Assembly: GCA_951406725.2 (NCBI GenBank)
Contig: OX597828.1
Span: 75,020,001-75,084,000, forward strand
DNA: 64,000 nt
Direction of reading: 5' to 3'
DNA from: Octopus vulgaris
Lineage: Eukaryota
In this document: positions 24,731-37,463 of the stretch, one piece after another
Layout: every line of letters starts with the position of its first letter
Numbering within the stretch: the stretch's first letter is position 1
The notes under the pieces: generated by a model
The model's database searches: none
What the model saw: only the letters and a program-made list of their open reading frames with translations
What the model was told of the DNA's origin: nothing
Translations under genes and position numbers: made by a program

Positions 24731-25232
24731 CACACATATATACATACATACATATACATATATATATATATATATACACACATACACACACACACACACA
24801 TACACACACATATATATATGTATATATATATGGATATGTACGCACTGGAGAGGCTGTGTGGTAAGTGGCTTGCTTACCAACCACAAGGTTCTGGGTTCAG
24901 TCCCACTGCATGGCACCTTGGGCAAGTGTCTTCTACTATAGCCTCGGGCCGACCAAAGCCTTCTGAGTGGATTTGGTAAACAGAAAGTGAAAGAAGCTCG
25001 TTATGTATATATATGTGTGTATATGATTGTGTGTCTGTGTTTGTCTCCCCAACATCATGTGACAACTGATGCTAGTGTGTTTATGTTCTGTAACTTAGTG
25101 GTTCGGCAAAAGAGACTGATAGAATAAGTACTAGGCTTACAAAGAATAAATCCTGGGTTTGATTTGGTCAACTAAAGGCGGTGCTCCAGCATGGCTACAG
25201 GTAAATGATTGGAACAAGTAAAAGAATAAAAG
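24530..25232 (+). mobile_element. SINE family A: 5' half (24530-24693) plus full copy (24846-25232) in tandem
   Basis: A-box gtggctgtgtggtaag, B-box ggttcagtccc and CORE-like ccttgggcaagtg; the copies are separated by (TA/CA)n. Confidence 0.9.
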
Positions 25233-25736
25233 AATATTATTAAAGAACTGGATCCAAGATTAAACGAATACTTCTTATTGAAAGGAAAATGGGAGAGCAA
25301 GTATGCTGAATGGTTACTTGTAGTTCTGTGTTTGATGCTGCAGCATGGCACACTGGACAAATGTCTTTGACTCTGCAGCCTTGGTTTCAGCAACAACTTG
25401 CTGATGCTGTTTGTTAATAATATGGTATGAAAGGATGTTCACATGCGCATACGCATGCACACATTGTGAAAATCAAAATGAAATATGGAAACGATTTATG
25501 GAAAATGGCAATTGAACATGAAACGTTCCTCATTAGATCTGAGGACAAGAATCAGCATAGATTCAGTGCATTTAATATTCGTAAACTTTAATTTCATGGT
25601 ACAACTCCTCTGGTTTCTTCTGTGATATTATTGAGATGGTGGACATTACAGACAAAAAGAGGACAACATACCAATGAGATAGGAAATTACACACACTATA
25701 TATATATATATATATACATACATACAGAGATATATA

Positions 25737-26100
25737 TCATCATCATTATCTAATGTCTGTTTTCCACGCTGGCATTGATTGGATGGTTGACAGGAGCTGG
25801 CAAGGCTGGAAGGCTGCACCAGGCTCCAGTTGTCTGTTTTCACAAGGTTTCCCTGACTGTATGCCCTTCCTAATGCCAACCACTTTACAAAAAGTACCGG
25901 GTGCTCTTTATGTGGTGCCAGCAGGGGCACTTTCTACGTGGCACCAGCATGGATGCTCTTTATGCAGGACCAGCACAGGTGTTTTTTACATGGTGCAAGC
26001 AACCTTGGAGTCACCAAGTGGCTTTTGCCAGACAAGGACTTCTTAGCTGAGAGAGGGAGTGGAACCAAGGAAAGTGACTGTGTGCTAGGTAAGAGGCTGG
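25737..26100 (-). mobile_element. SINE family B, older copy
   Basis: catcatcattatctaatgtctgttttccacgctggca..gcccttcctaatgccaaccacttt. Confidence 0.8.
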
Positions 26101-26101
26101 A

Positions 26102-26138
<37 letters not shown>

Positions 26139-26692
26139 CACACACGTTATTAAGTTATTGGTGACAAAGGCAGAAGTATTACTAATGAGTAGCAATCTTC
26201 CTATCCTACTTAATGTGGATATACTTCAAGAATTCTGAGAAAGCATCTCATATAAATGTATAGTACTAAAAAGCACAGAAATAGTACGAGCAAACAAAAA
26301 AATGTCCAGCACTGTTGGTGGAACTGATAGATTACATGATTTCAGCATGCTAGGGCATCATCAGTAGTAGGCATCCACAATCAGTGTATGCTAGTTAAAT
26401 TTCATGCATACTGATATATAGAAATACAACAATGACTAACCAGTTACTATATATATTTGGAACCAGGCACTGTATTAGTAGGGTCTAACGTTTACTGTTT
26501 GTTATTGAAACTGCTTTCTGTTACTAATAACTAATTTTTACCCAGCCTGCCAGCTATTGCAACCCCAATGTTCAACTGGTACTTATTTTATTGACGGGGA
26601 GCGGGAAAAAGAAAAGAGGAAAGTAAAAAGAAAGTATGAGGAGAATTAAAAGAAAGAGTAAAAGAGTCGTACAGAATTTAGATACGTACTTA

Positions 26693-27184
26693 CAAGGTGA
26701 GCAAAAGTGTACATATGCTGCTATATGTAGATATAAATCCCAAAAATGGAACAAAAAAGCACCAGATGACAATAAAATATCCGGACAGATAGATGATATA
26801 AAGATAGACAAGAAAAAACAAGGATGGCTCATTCACAGTCTTTTCTCATCAGTCAAGTTTCCAAATCATCCTTACAGTTTCGGCTGGTTTGTAATTGTAT
26901 AACATTTTCTCCATTTTTTTTTGTCTTTGTTGTCATACACATTCGCTTGCTTTCTTCCCCCAAATTTAATGCTCTTAGTTTAGATTTTTGGGGCCAGCCA
27001 GACTTGAACAGTCTCAAGTGTAACCAGCTGAAACTGTAAGGAGTATTTGGAAACTTGACTGATGAGAGAAGACTGTGAATGACCCATCTTTATTCCTGTC
27101 TGTCTGGATTTTCTATTGTCATCTGTAGCATTTTTTGGATTTATATATGCATATAGCGGCGTACATACACTTTTGCCCACCTTG
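26693..27184. mobile_element. Tc1/mariner-type MITE with long TIRs
   Basis: TA-CAAGGTGAGCAAAAGTGTA ... TACACTTTTGCCCACCTTG-TA. Inverted similarity extends ~160-200 bp inward (to ~26890 and ~27022). Confidence 0.85.
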
Positions 27185-27509
27185 TACATAAGTATATATA
27201 ATATCTACATACATGCGCTTGTAAATAGGCACACATACACACAAGTAAACATGTTGACCTTCACAAAATATATGCTTGTCTATTTGTACATCTGAATAAT
27301 GTGTAATGGATGATGTTAAATACTGCTGATGATGATACACATACACAAACACATACATATATACAAGTGTACATACATAAATATACATATATATATGTGT
27401 GTGTGTGTTATACATATGCATGTATTATATATATCTATATATCTTTATATATGTACGTACAAAATATTTGTATATCATCATCATTTAATGACTGTTTTTC
27501 ATGCTGGCA

Positions 27510-27780
27510 TATCTATCTATATGTCTGTCTGTCTGTCTGTCTATCTATTTATCTGTCTGTCTGTCTGCCTGTCTATCTATTTATCTGTCTGTCTGTCTAT
27601 CTATCTGTCTGTGTCTGTCTGACTATCTATCTATCTGTCTGAGTCTGTCTGACTATCTATCTATCTGACTGACTGACTGTCTATGTATGTATGTATGTAT
27701 GTATGTATCTATCTATCTATCAAACTGTCTGTCTATCAATCTAACTGACTGTCTGTCTGTCTGTCCATCTAACTATAGTT
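27510..27780. repeat. (TCTA/TCTG)n tetranucleotide tract
   Basis: Seen directly. Confidence 0.95.
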
Positions 27781-27929
27781 ACATATCTCTCTGCATGTTT
27801 TATTGTTATTTGAATTCTTCCCGTAAGCAAGATGTTAGTTGCTTCCAACAAATCCCAGTTCTCTCTCTCTCTCAGCTATTCAGACAATGCCAATGAGCCA
27901 ATCACTTTTTTGCCAATCAGCTAATCATT

Positions 27930-28140
27930 TGCTGATCCTTTGAAATATCTGCAAGATTTTTTGTCTGTTTGTTGGCCATATTTTTTGGCTTAAAAATCCA
28001 ATCTTTTCAAGGCTAACATACTTGGGTACACCAATGATTTTGGGTGGAAATAAAAACTGATAATCCGGGTAGAGATGAGGATTTTCAAAGAAATGTTTGT
28101 TTCTGATGAGCAGCTGTCATCTTCAATAGCTTCAGTTTAT
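27930..28140 (-). pseudogene. Decayed RLE-LINE C-terminal fragment
   Basis: Minus strand ..LYPDYQFLFPPKIIGVPKYV..LEKIGF parallels PDYKFRIIPVIIGVLGYV..LEKLGF at 53505-53600. Confidence 0.55.
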
Positions 28141-28284
28141 ATACAGTCGTAGAGACTGAGCAGAATTCTTCTTTTATATTGCAAATAACTGTTTCAGACC
28201 TGTTACGTTTGCCTTTGTTGGAAGTTTATATTCATTGTGTTGTAATGTGTGCATGATTTAAAAAGTATACACACGTAGGCATGT

Positions 28285-28815
28285 CATCATCATCACCATC
28301 ATCCTTTTAAGTTCACATCTCCATATTTGCTTGCATCAGATGGAATCCATCAAGGCAGAGTTTCTACAGCTGGGTGCTCTTCCTCTTGCCAACCCTCAAC
28401 TGTTTCTAAGCAAAGTTTTATTTCTCCATTGCCGGACATATTTTTCACAGAGGATTCGAAATGAATGAAGGGCACTGCTTATATGACGGTGGCACTCGTT
28501 TACAGCTGCTGCATGATGTCAAAACAAGGATACACACACACATCATCATCATCATCATTTAATGTTCTGTTTTCCATGCTGGCACGGGTTGGACAGTTTG
28601 ACAAGTGCCAGCAAGGTCAGGAGTTGCACAAAGCTCCAGTCGTCTGTTTCAGGCATGGCTTCTACAGCTGGATGTCCTTCCTAATGCCAACCACTTTACA
28701 GAGTATGCTGGGTGCTTTTTTCACGACACCAGCACCAGCCCTTTTTATGTCGTACCAATGCCAGAGCTTTTTATGTGGCACCAACATTGAGAGGATCACC
28801 AAGTGCCTTAACCTG
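28285..28815 (-). mobile_element. B-related SINE variant (28285-28530) plus SINE family B (28541-28815)
   Basis: Both have (CAT)n tails and the tttctacagctgg..cttcct..gccaacc core; the variant recurs at ~34168-34385. Confidence 0.8.
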
Positions 28816-28928
28816 AGAAATGCTATTGTTTTAGCAACAACAAAGTGTCACATCGAAAGATGACATCCTAATGATATTTTTGGCAATTACTGATTACATG
28901 TTTTAATATTTTCCTCAGAAATGTGACA

Positions 28929-29327
28929 TCTTTATATATAAAAGTGAGGTTGTGTGCTGTCTGTCTCCTACGATTTAGATTCCTAACTACTCCCACATTT
29001 TGCGGTGCAGTGTAACCAAAAGCGGGTATCTTATTCTCGTGATTCATATCGAGCCCTTCTGGGTATTAGCGCACATCTACGATGAGTCTACGATTTAAAA
29101 AAAAATTTACCATAATTTTTTCCCATTTTTAATACATTTTTTTTGCTATTATATAAGGGAAGTAACTCTCTAAAAATGTATTATTAAGTCTCAGAACGTA
29201 AAAAGCTACAGTAACAACCCCCTTTGTGGTTAGCCATATTGAGATGGCTATTATACTTTACATCTCTAAAAATGCTTATATAGTTATTTCCCTTACAAAC
29301 CCGAGCAACGCCGGGCGATACTGCTAG
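28929..29327 (+). mobile_element. Non-autonomous Helitron
   Basis: Starts TC (tctttatatataaaag) after A and ends CTAG before T. Subterminal GC hairpin cccg-agcaacgc-cggg. No TIR or TSD. Confidence 0.8.
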
Positions 29328-29339
29328 TAACCAATATTT

Positions 29340-29990
29340 TTGGTTGTATCTCGGAAGTTTTTTATAGCTTCAATCTCTTTCCCATTCAGGAGATATTTTG
29401 TAGCTATCTCTGGCTCTTGGATTATAGATGCCTAATCTTCATAATGCAACTGTCAGGAGTTACCTCACTTTCTGATGCTATCACCAACTTCATCAAATTT
29501 ACTATAAAAATACTCCATGTATAAGCTTTTTATTTAGCTAGGTAGAGTGTTTTGTTTCACCTGCATGTTCTTGTTAATGTACACTAGTCTATTAATTCTG
29601 AAGTTGCATGGAACACCACCAGGAACTGAATAACCTTTTGAAGAGTTCATTCCAGCCCATAAGATGCTGTCCTTTTTAGTTTTCAACCTTTGCTTGATGT
29701 ACTATTATTTGCTGTTGTTTACCAGATGCTAAGTCATATTATACAACATTCAAAGACTGTCTGAGCACCTGTCTTTTATTCTAAGATAGAATCTGTCCAT
29801 ATCACTGTTTCTGTACAAGATTCCAAGTTGTTGCAACTACTAATATCTATGTTGCAGATTTCTTCTACTGATCAGCTAACAATCCCAAATGGTGTTACTA
29901 TTACTGGTATAGCAAATGTATTATAAGATATCATTTTGTTGTAAAAGAGAATTTCTTACACCATTTCTTAAAGCCTGATACAATAATTTT
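29340..29990 (-). pseudogene. RLE-type LINE reverse-transcriptase/thumb remnant
   Basis: Minus strand NKMISYNTFAIPVIVTPFGIVS*SVEEICNID..NSDMDRFYL fits the R4/Dong-type pattern NK..AINT.AIPV..Y.FG.I.W...EL..ID....SDVDRLYL. Confidence 0.7.
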
Positions 29991-30539
29991 GTCTCACTAC
30001 AGACATTTTCCATTTTCTACTCATCTTTTATGTAACGTCTTTCACAAAATCCAGGCTAAGTCTCCTCCGACAGTCTGCAGTGATTTGGTCTGCGAATCCT
30101 CCGTGACAGTCAACAAAGGCAAGATGATCTGTAACGGATCACACTATTCTAAAGTGTGTACACAAGCAGTGCTGGATTTAGGACAAACGAGGCCCTGTGA
30201 TAGCTAAATTATGAGGCTCCTTACTTATGAGGGCCCTTACCTATGTTAAAAAATAATGTGTAAAAGCATTCACATTATTAATTTCATTTTTATAATTTTT
30301 AAGAAAAACATTTGAATGTTTGACAATTGAAAAATTCATCCTAAAAATTTTTGTAGGCTGGAAGAAGCCACACCCTCCTGGTCAACAGGGCCTTGTGCTC
30401 AAGGGCACCTAAGCAGAATGGCATGCAAGTGACCAGGTACCACATGTGAACTTGTATCCCCAATTAAACTCTGAACGCCCCCATTAGTCAGAGCTGGCAC
30501 AACCTATCTGGGTGAATGTCATCGCAAGTACAAATGATA

Positions 30540-30955
30540 AGTAATGTCTTTCAAACATGTAACACAAAATTTTTGCGAGCATCTTAAGAGTTTCCTTGTC
30601 TTCGCATATCTTTTGAAATGTCTTGGTTTGTTACATGAAACAACAATCACAAGTTCAGATGAAGCCTACTTTCAGCCTTTCTTCAACCAAGGGCTAAATT
30701 TGGTATATACCATTAATTTACATCAATTACTTTATATTAATTCATGTCATTGGCTTCGTTGAATTATTTCTCAGAGCTTAATTCTCTTTAACATTATACA
30801 AATTATTTCTAACCAAATATCTTTGCAACTCTCTTTGTCTGTGCAAAAGCTTTTGTCTCATTAGACAAAAGCTTGATTATTATCAATTAGCTTCTTGCTG
30901 AATTTACAGCACTGATGAGATCCAGTCACACCAAAACGTATCTGTCACTGTTACC
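30540..30955 (+). mobile_element. Possible Penelope-like 3' remnant with decayed hammerhead
   Basis: Weak ..EHL..EAYFQPFFNQ end resembling PLE EA.I..P.LN.Q, followed by CTGATGAG..AAAAC..GTC at ~30905-30950. Confidence 0.35.
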
Positions 30956-30989
30956 ACTATCTACTTGTAAGATGTCTTTGCCATATGAT

Positions 30990-31260
30990 TCTGTTTTGCC
31001 ACAAAGGGTATATTCATGAAGTAAGCATTTCTTGAGGAATGAGCCTCAATTTGGATGATGTTGTTTCTAATCTTTTGAGTACATTTCGTTGACGTATTTG
31101 ATTGTGTAGGTGTTGTTTGCCAAATGCTGTCTCAGTGATATGACATTCAAAATCTGTCTGGACTAATGTTAAGCCTCTTCCCACATTTTACATTTGCGAG
31201 AAACCCAGCCAATATTGTGTTTTCTGTGATGGCTTCCATTAAATGTCAGTATCTTGCAGA
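30990..31260 (-). pseudogene. RLE-type LINE fragment (post-RT region)
   Basis: Minus strand GRGLTLVQTDFECHI..RQHL, i.e. the GGRGL motif downstream of RT. Confidence 0.5.
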
Positions 31261-31301
31261 TTATTTGAGTGCAAGTATATGTGTGCATGAGCGAGTATAT
31301 G

Positions 31302-31333
<32 letters not shown>

Positions 31334-31840
31334 GGTGTCTCTCTCTCTCTGTCTATGTATGGATTTGAATGTATACATACATATATATACATATATATAT
31401 GTATTGGTGAGTGTGTGCTGCAATTTATTGTATGAGGTGATCCATGCCACTGCTATCAGAATTGTCTTTGATCTCAAAGCTTGGATTCTGTTTAGTTGGA
31501 GAGATTTTGGCTCTAACTTTAGTAAGAACAGGTCAATGATTTACACTGCATAACCAATATGGCATGGGTGTGGGTACGGGGGTGTGGGTATGAATGCATA
31601 GAAAGATACAAACGTTTGTGTGCACATATGTGTGTGTATCTGTAGAGCTATTAGTCTGTTATCTAACTAAATATTTATGTGTGTGTGTGTGTATATATGT
31701 GTGTGTGTATATATATATATATTTCCAGTATTTTTGCTCCTTTTATATATATATATATGCATACACATATATAGACAGTAAACACTTGCATATATATGCA
31801 TACACATATATAGACAGTAAACACTTGCATATATATGCAT

Positions 31841-31889
<49 letters not shown>

Positions 31890-31994
31890 AATATATGTAT
31901 ATACATATATTTATATATATATATATACATATATATATACATATATATATATATACATATATTTATATACATATATATATATATACATCCGGGA

Positions 31995-32333
31995 TCCGGG
32001 AACCCCTTCGGTCACGACACTGACCATGGGATTGCACCTAGAAAGTTACCCTCCTATTCACAAGTCTGGGCATGGTTGTTTATGGAAGCCCAGCAGTCGC
32101 CCATGCATACCGGCCTCCCCTCTCCACGCCACCAGTGTTATCCAAGGGAAAGGCAAAGGCCGATACAGCTTGGCACCAGTGACGTCGCAACTCATTTCTA
32201 CAGCTGAGTGAACTGGAGCAACGTGAAATAAAGTGTCTTGCTCAAGAACACAACACACAGCCCGGTCCGGGATTCGAGCTCACAACCTCACGATTGTAAG
32301 CTCGATGCTCTAACCACTGAGCCATGCGCCTTC

Positions 32334-32335
<2 letters not shown>
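31995..32335 (-). mobile_element. SINE family D, full-length and CpG-rich
   Basis: Minus strand tRNA-like head gcgcatggctcagtggttagagcatcg..gctcgaatcccgg, then CORE-like cttgagcaagacacttt..cagctgtagaaatgagt. Confidence 0.92.
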
Positions 32336-32373
<38 letters not shown>

Positions 32374-32538
32374 AATATATATCATATGTACAGACATATA
32401 TACCATACATAAATGCATACATACATATATATATATCATACATACATACATACATATATATATATATCATACATACATACATATCATACATACATCCACA
32501 CACACACACACACACACACATACACACACAAATGTATA

Positions 32539-32688
32539 TACAAGGTGCGATGGGTAAATTGTCACCCTTTTATATTTCTAATTTCACTCATGCGCATTGT
32601 TTGTTTTTGATTTTGTTGACTACACAGTATAGTAGGATCAGTAGGGTACCGTCTGTGAGACACAGTACCATGACGCAATTCACTCTAT
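32539..32688 (+). mobile_element. 5' end of the same Tc1/mariner-superfamily element as 45927-46759
   Basis: TA-CAAGGTGCGATGGGTAAATT..cattgtttgtttttgattttgttgactacacag..atgacgcaattca is the reverse complement of ~46630-46760. Confidence 0.75.
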
Positions 32689-32889
32689 TATTAGTTTACT
32701 GCACAAAGTGAGTACTTCTAATCAGATGAGTACTAAAGCTGAGTATTTGAAATGAGTTACTCTTAGTATATTATGTGCAATGTTTTTTAAAGCAGATTTT
32801 GATTTGACATCATGTAATCATCTCTCTCTCTATCTCAATGTGTGTGTATGTGTGTGAGTGTGTGTATATATATATATATATATATGCAT

Positions 32890-33260
32890 ATAAAAGTTTC
32901 AGAATGAGATAAAAATCCAAGGCTGTGAAAGAGTTTAGAACATTTATAAATAGGAGGTCTTACAGCTGTTTCCGGGATATTTTATGTATCCCTTCGTCGG
33001 AGAATGAAGGGATATATAAAATATATATAAGCTGTAAGACCATTTATTTATAAATGTTCTAAACTCTTTCACAGCCTTGGATTTTTATCTCATTCTAAAA
33101 AATTTTTTTATATATACACACTGATATATGACCTACGTTGGACTCCTTAATTGCGTAATCATTGAACCTGGAGCTTAACTATGGTCTGTCCATAGCACTT
33201 ACTCAGCATTACCTGACACCTTTGGGTCTTATTGACACCATTACCTGCCATAACCTCTCC
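32890..33260. mobile_element. Palindromic Penelope-pLTR-like insert with hammerhead motif
   Basis: Arms ~32890-32995 and ~33005-33105 are reverse complements; unique extension to ~33260; (TA)n flanks. Confidence 0.75.
32958..33003 (-). ncRNA. Minimal type-I hammerhead ribozyme motif (variant core)
   Basis: TCT-CCGACGA-A-GGGATA(cataaaa)TATCCC-G-GAAAC-AGCT-GTA-AGA: stem I TCT/AGA, 6-bp stem II, palindromic stem III. The core has C in place of U4. Confidence 0.6.
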
Positions 33261-33299
33261 CTCTCTCTCTGTGTATATATATATACATATATATAGTGA

Positions 33300-33492
33300 G
33301 AGAGAGAGAGGATAAGAAATTAGCAATAATTAACAATGAGAAGTGGATCATTGGTGTTTTAAAGTCATTATTTTGATAAATAGAAACAGCTGTAAACATA
33401 CTCCTAATTCAATTGAATAATGTCTTTAAAACACCTGTAATCAACTTCTCATTGTTAATTATTGCTCCATTTCTTATCACCTCTCTCTCTAT
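33300..33492. mobile_element. Palindromic insert with hammerhead 3'-half in the loop
   Basis: gataagaaat..gcaataattaacaatgagaagt..ggtgttttaaag pairs with ctttaaaacacc..acttctcattgttaattattgc..atttcttatc. GAAACAGCTGTA at 33383-33394. Confidence 0.65.
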
Positions 33493-34109
33493 ATATAAAA
33501 CCACATTTTCACCTTTAAGTTACCTACAGCCGTATACCTTATAACAAGGATCATACATACTGAGGTAATACACCAGGAGTGCCTATGTATACATCTATCC
33601 CTTAGATGGTTGCATAACCTCTAACATATATCTTACACAACATATCTGTCCGTCTGTCTATCTATCTATCTATATATATGTATGTATGTATATACATGTA
33701 TGTATGTATATACATGTTACTGTATGACATTGTGAACAGCTGATTTTATTAATTTTTTGTATACACATTAGTGATCTGTTAAGTCATTCATAGATTTTTA
33801 TGGTGAATATCTATGTCTATATTCTGATGGGCAAGGTAGCTCAGAATCAACAGAATGAGCTGGCCTTGCTGACGATGGCTACGGAAATAGCCAAAACTGA
33901 CTGGTCAGTCTAAGGAATTCTTGGTTTCGTGTTCGTGGCAATTGCAGCCCCTATTAGAGTATATGTTATGTACTTTGTAACAGCATTGGAGTATTTTAGC
34001 TCCTATTTCTAGCAATGTAGGTATTGTTCACACCCTTAGTCAATTTTAGTTGATAACTATAATTTTCCTTTATGGTATAATATTGCAAACAGCTGTTTTA
34101 TAAATATTT

Positions 34110-34156
<47 letters not shown>

Positions 34157-34167
34157 GTATGTGTGTA

Positions 34168-34548
34168 TCATTGTTTTGACAACCGCCTTCCATGCTTGCA
34201 TGGGTTGGATGGAATTTATTGAGGTAGATTTTCTATGCCCAGGCATCCTTTCTGGTATCAGTCTTCACCTGTTTCCATGGAAAACAATATTTTCCTTTAG
34301 TTTAAAAAAAATGTTTTCATGGATGGCTGGAAACGAACCACATTCATCTACAATAATCACACAGAAATAAGACAAAGAGACACATGCATCCACACCCTCA
34401 CACACATGTGTACTTATGGCAGGCTTCTTTCTGTTTCCATCTACAAAATCCATTCACAGGGCTATGTGTATATAGAAGACACTTGCCCAAGGTGCATTGC
34501 TGCGGCACTGAACCCCAAACTTCTGAATCACACTGCTACGCCTCTACC
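34168..34548 (-). mobile_element. B-related variant (34168-34385) plus SINE family A 5' part (34415-34548)
   Basis: Homology to 28285-28530 and to family A (gaagacacttgcccaaggtg). Confidence 0.7.
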
Positions 34549-35054
34549 TATGTGTGTGAGTGAGTGAGTAAGTGAATAAAATTTTATGATTAGATTGAGA
34601 ACAAGTTCTAGGAATAATTCCGATGGGGCTGCAGAAAAATATTCTTCAATGATCAATTTACTGCAAGCATTTACATTAAACCCAGTTGCAGTATTCTATG
34701 CACATAGTTATGACTGATGACTGTGAGTTAAAATGTTACATTCTTAAATTTTGGTAGTGTGTTGATTTCTTTCATAATTCGATTCTTATAGTGATAGAAG
34801 AAAACACATTTCTGAAGTTTTTGGTAAGCATCATAACAAGCTGAAAGGCACTGAATAGTTTGTAAATTGAGTTTTAAATCTGTTTTTGTTCTTTCTACTA
34901 TTTTCCCCTGATGATGTTATTTCTGAAGCCTAACCATACAATTTCACAACCAGTCGGAAATAAAAATCATAATTCGGTATGAATATATTTCGAAATGAGA
35001 TGAGATGGAGACATAGAATCGAGAACAAAGAGTTCATCACAAACATACACACAC

Positions 35055-35265
35055 GTGTATGTGTGTGTGTGTGTGTGTGTATGTATGTGTGTGTATGTAT
35101 GTATGTATGTATGTATGTATGTATGTATGTATGTGTGTATGTATGTATGTATGTATGTGTGTATGTATTTATGTATGTATGTATGTGTGTGTGTATGTAT
35201 GTATGTATGTGTGTTTATATGTATGTATGTATGTGTATGTATGTGTGTGTATGTATGTATGTACA
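35055..35265. repeat. (TATG/TG)n microsatellite
   Basis: Seen directly. Confidence 0.95.
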
Positions 35266-35402
35266 TAGATTTTAATACATAATGGTTTCTCATATGTAAT
35301 GTTGAGTGAAAAATGTCTGATATACATAGAATTAGTAGACAGAAGGTCCCTCAGGATGTGTGTGTGTGCGTATGAATTAATTTTTTGTATACACATTAGT
35401 GA

Positions 35403-35625
35403 TCAGGCTGCAATCTGATCTGGCAGAGTTTCTACAGCTGGATGCCCTTCCTAACGCCAACCACTCCGAGAGTGTAGTGGGTGCTTTTACATGCCACCGA
35501 CATGAGGGCAAATCATGTGGTACTGGCAATGACCACACTCAAAATGTGTTTTTTATGTGCTACCTGCATGGGAGGGAGCCACTCTGGAGGCACCAGCAAC
35601 AACCATGCTTGAATGTTGTTTTTCA
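35403..35625 (-). mobile_element. SINE family B fragment
   Basis: ctgatctggcagagtttctacagctggatgcccttcctaacgccaaccactccgagagtgtagtggg. Confidence 0.88.
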
Positions 35626-35633
35626 CTCAAAAT

Positions 35634-35687
<54 letters not shown>

Positions 35688-35694
35688 AACACAG

Positions 35695-35960
35695 GTACAT
35701 GGTCTAGTAGTTAAGGTGTTGCACTCATGGTTGTGAGATTGTGGTTTCAATTCCCAGACTGGGCGGTACACTGCATTCTTTAGCAAAATTCTTCATTTTG
35801 TGTTGTTCAGTGATCATTTCAAAAGCTGAGGTGTGGCCCACACGTTCATCCATACAGGCAATGTTGATCTGATGGTGGGTGTGAGCCCATACATTTGATC
35901 ACCATAAACAAATCATCAGCACAGATCTTTGGCAAGATAACTGCACAATCTTCATCCACC
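35695..35960 (+). mobile_element. Decayed tRNA-derived SINE (D-like head)
   Basis: catggtctagtagttaagg..ggtttcaattcccag..ttagcaaaattcttcattttgtgttg. Confidence 0.55.
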
Positions 35961-36207
35961 ATCTAGTAATGGAAGAGACCATTATAAACACACACACACA
36001 CCTAGAATATGAATGAACTTGTAATCTATCATTCACAACCATAAGACTTGGAATCAATTAAGACACTGTCTCATTGTACCCAGCTGCAGGCCTGTATTAC
36101 ACACACACACACACACATATATATACATACACTTTTACAAACACATACACACACAGATACATACATATATACACACACACAGACATGCACAAATATGTGC
36201 GTGTGTG

Positions 36208-36255
<48 letters not shown>

Positions 36256-36279
36256 TATATGCATGTATATGTACCCCTT

Positions 36280-36322
<43 letters not shown>

Positions 36323-36539
36323 GTGTGTGTCCGTGTAGATATGTACGAATGAATTTTGGAACTGGGGTGGTGGCTGAGAGTATGTCATTAGTTAACTATT
36401 TAATAGTAGTTCTAATAATATTAATTATGAGAAAAATGTTGAAAGGATCCCACTGAAATATTAATTAATTTTTATTTGGGTTTCTCTATTAATTAAATCT
36501 ATTTTTAATTCTTTTGCTCTGACTATGGCAATGCATGTT

Positions 36540-36564
36540 TCACATGCCTCTACGGATGTACAGA

Positions 36565-36608
<44 letters not shown>

Positions 36609-36815
36609 CACACATACATATACATGTATATTTATATATATATATATATATATGTACACACACACATACAAGTGTATATATATATATATATATATCATAT
36701 ATACATATGTATATTCATATGCTTATGTGTGTGTATATATATATGCATATATGTATATGTGTGTGTGTATATTCAGACATATATACATACATACATATAT
36801 ATATATATGTGTGTG

Positions 36816-36849
<34 letters not shown>

Positions 36850-37421
36850 TATGCACATATGTATGCATACATCCATTGACTATTTGTCATTCCCATTCTA
36901 TCACATCATCTATCACACACTTTCCATGACCATCACTCCTCATCACTTTTCATTTTCTTGTTTTTCCCCCCCCTCTTTTTGTTCTTTGAGTTTTGAAAAA
37001 AAAAATCATTTTGTTTCTTTTCAAAATTTCTTTCAGTTACCAATTCTATTTGCATGTATATATATTTATATATATGCGTGTACAGTTGTATGTGTGCATA
37101 TCTCTATGCTTGCCTGTGTACATGTATGTAATGATGTATGTATATGTATGCATGTGTGTTGCTGTAAATGTGTACGTGTATGTGTGTATATGTGTAAGTA
37201 TGTTTGTATGTCACTGTTTGTGTGTCTATATAATTTTGTAGTGTGTGTGTGTGTGTTTGTGTGTATCTGTGTATTTTTATGTGTCTGTGTGTCCCCCTTT
37301 GTCCAATTTAATGTAGTAACATCTTCAAAAAATACATTGTTGGTTTGGTTTTGTTGGTGTGTTTTTTAGGTTTTCTTTTAAAATTTTTTTTTACACTTTG
37401 CTTTTCTTTCTTTTCTTCATT

Positions 37422-37463
<42 letters not shown>

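Noticed and set aside
32265-32335. tRNA gene on the minus strand
   Set aside because: It is the tRNA-derived head of SINE D, continuous with the SINE body.
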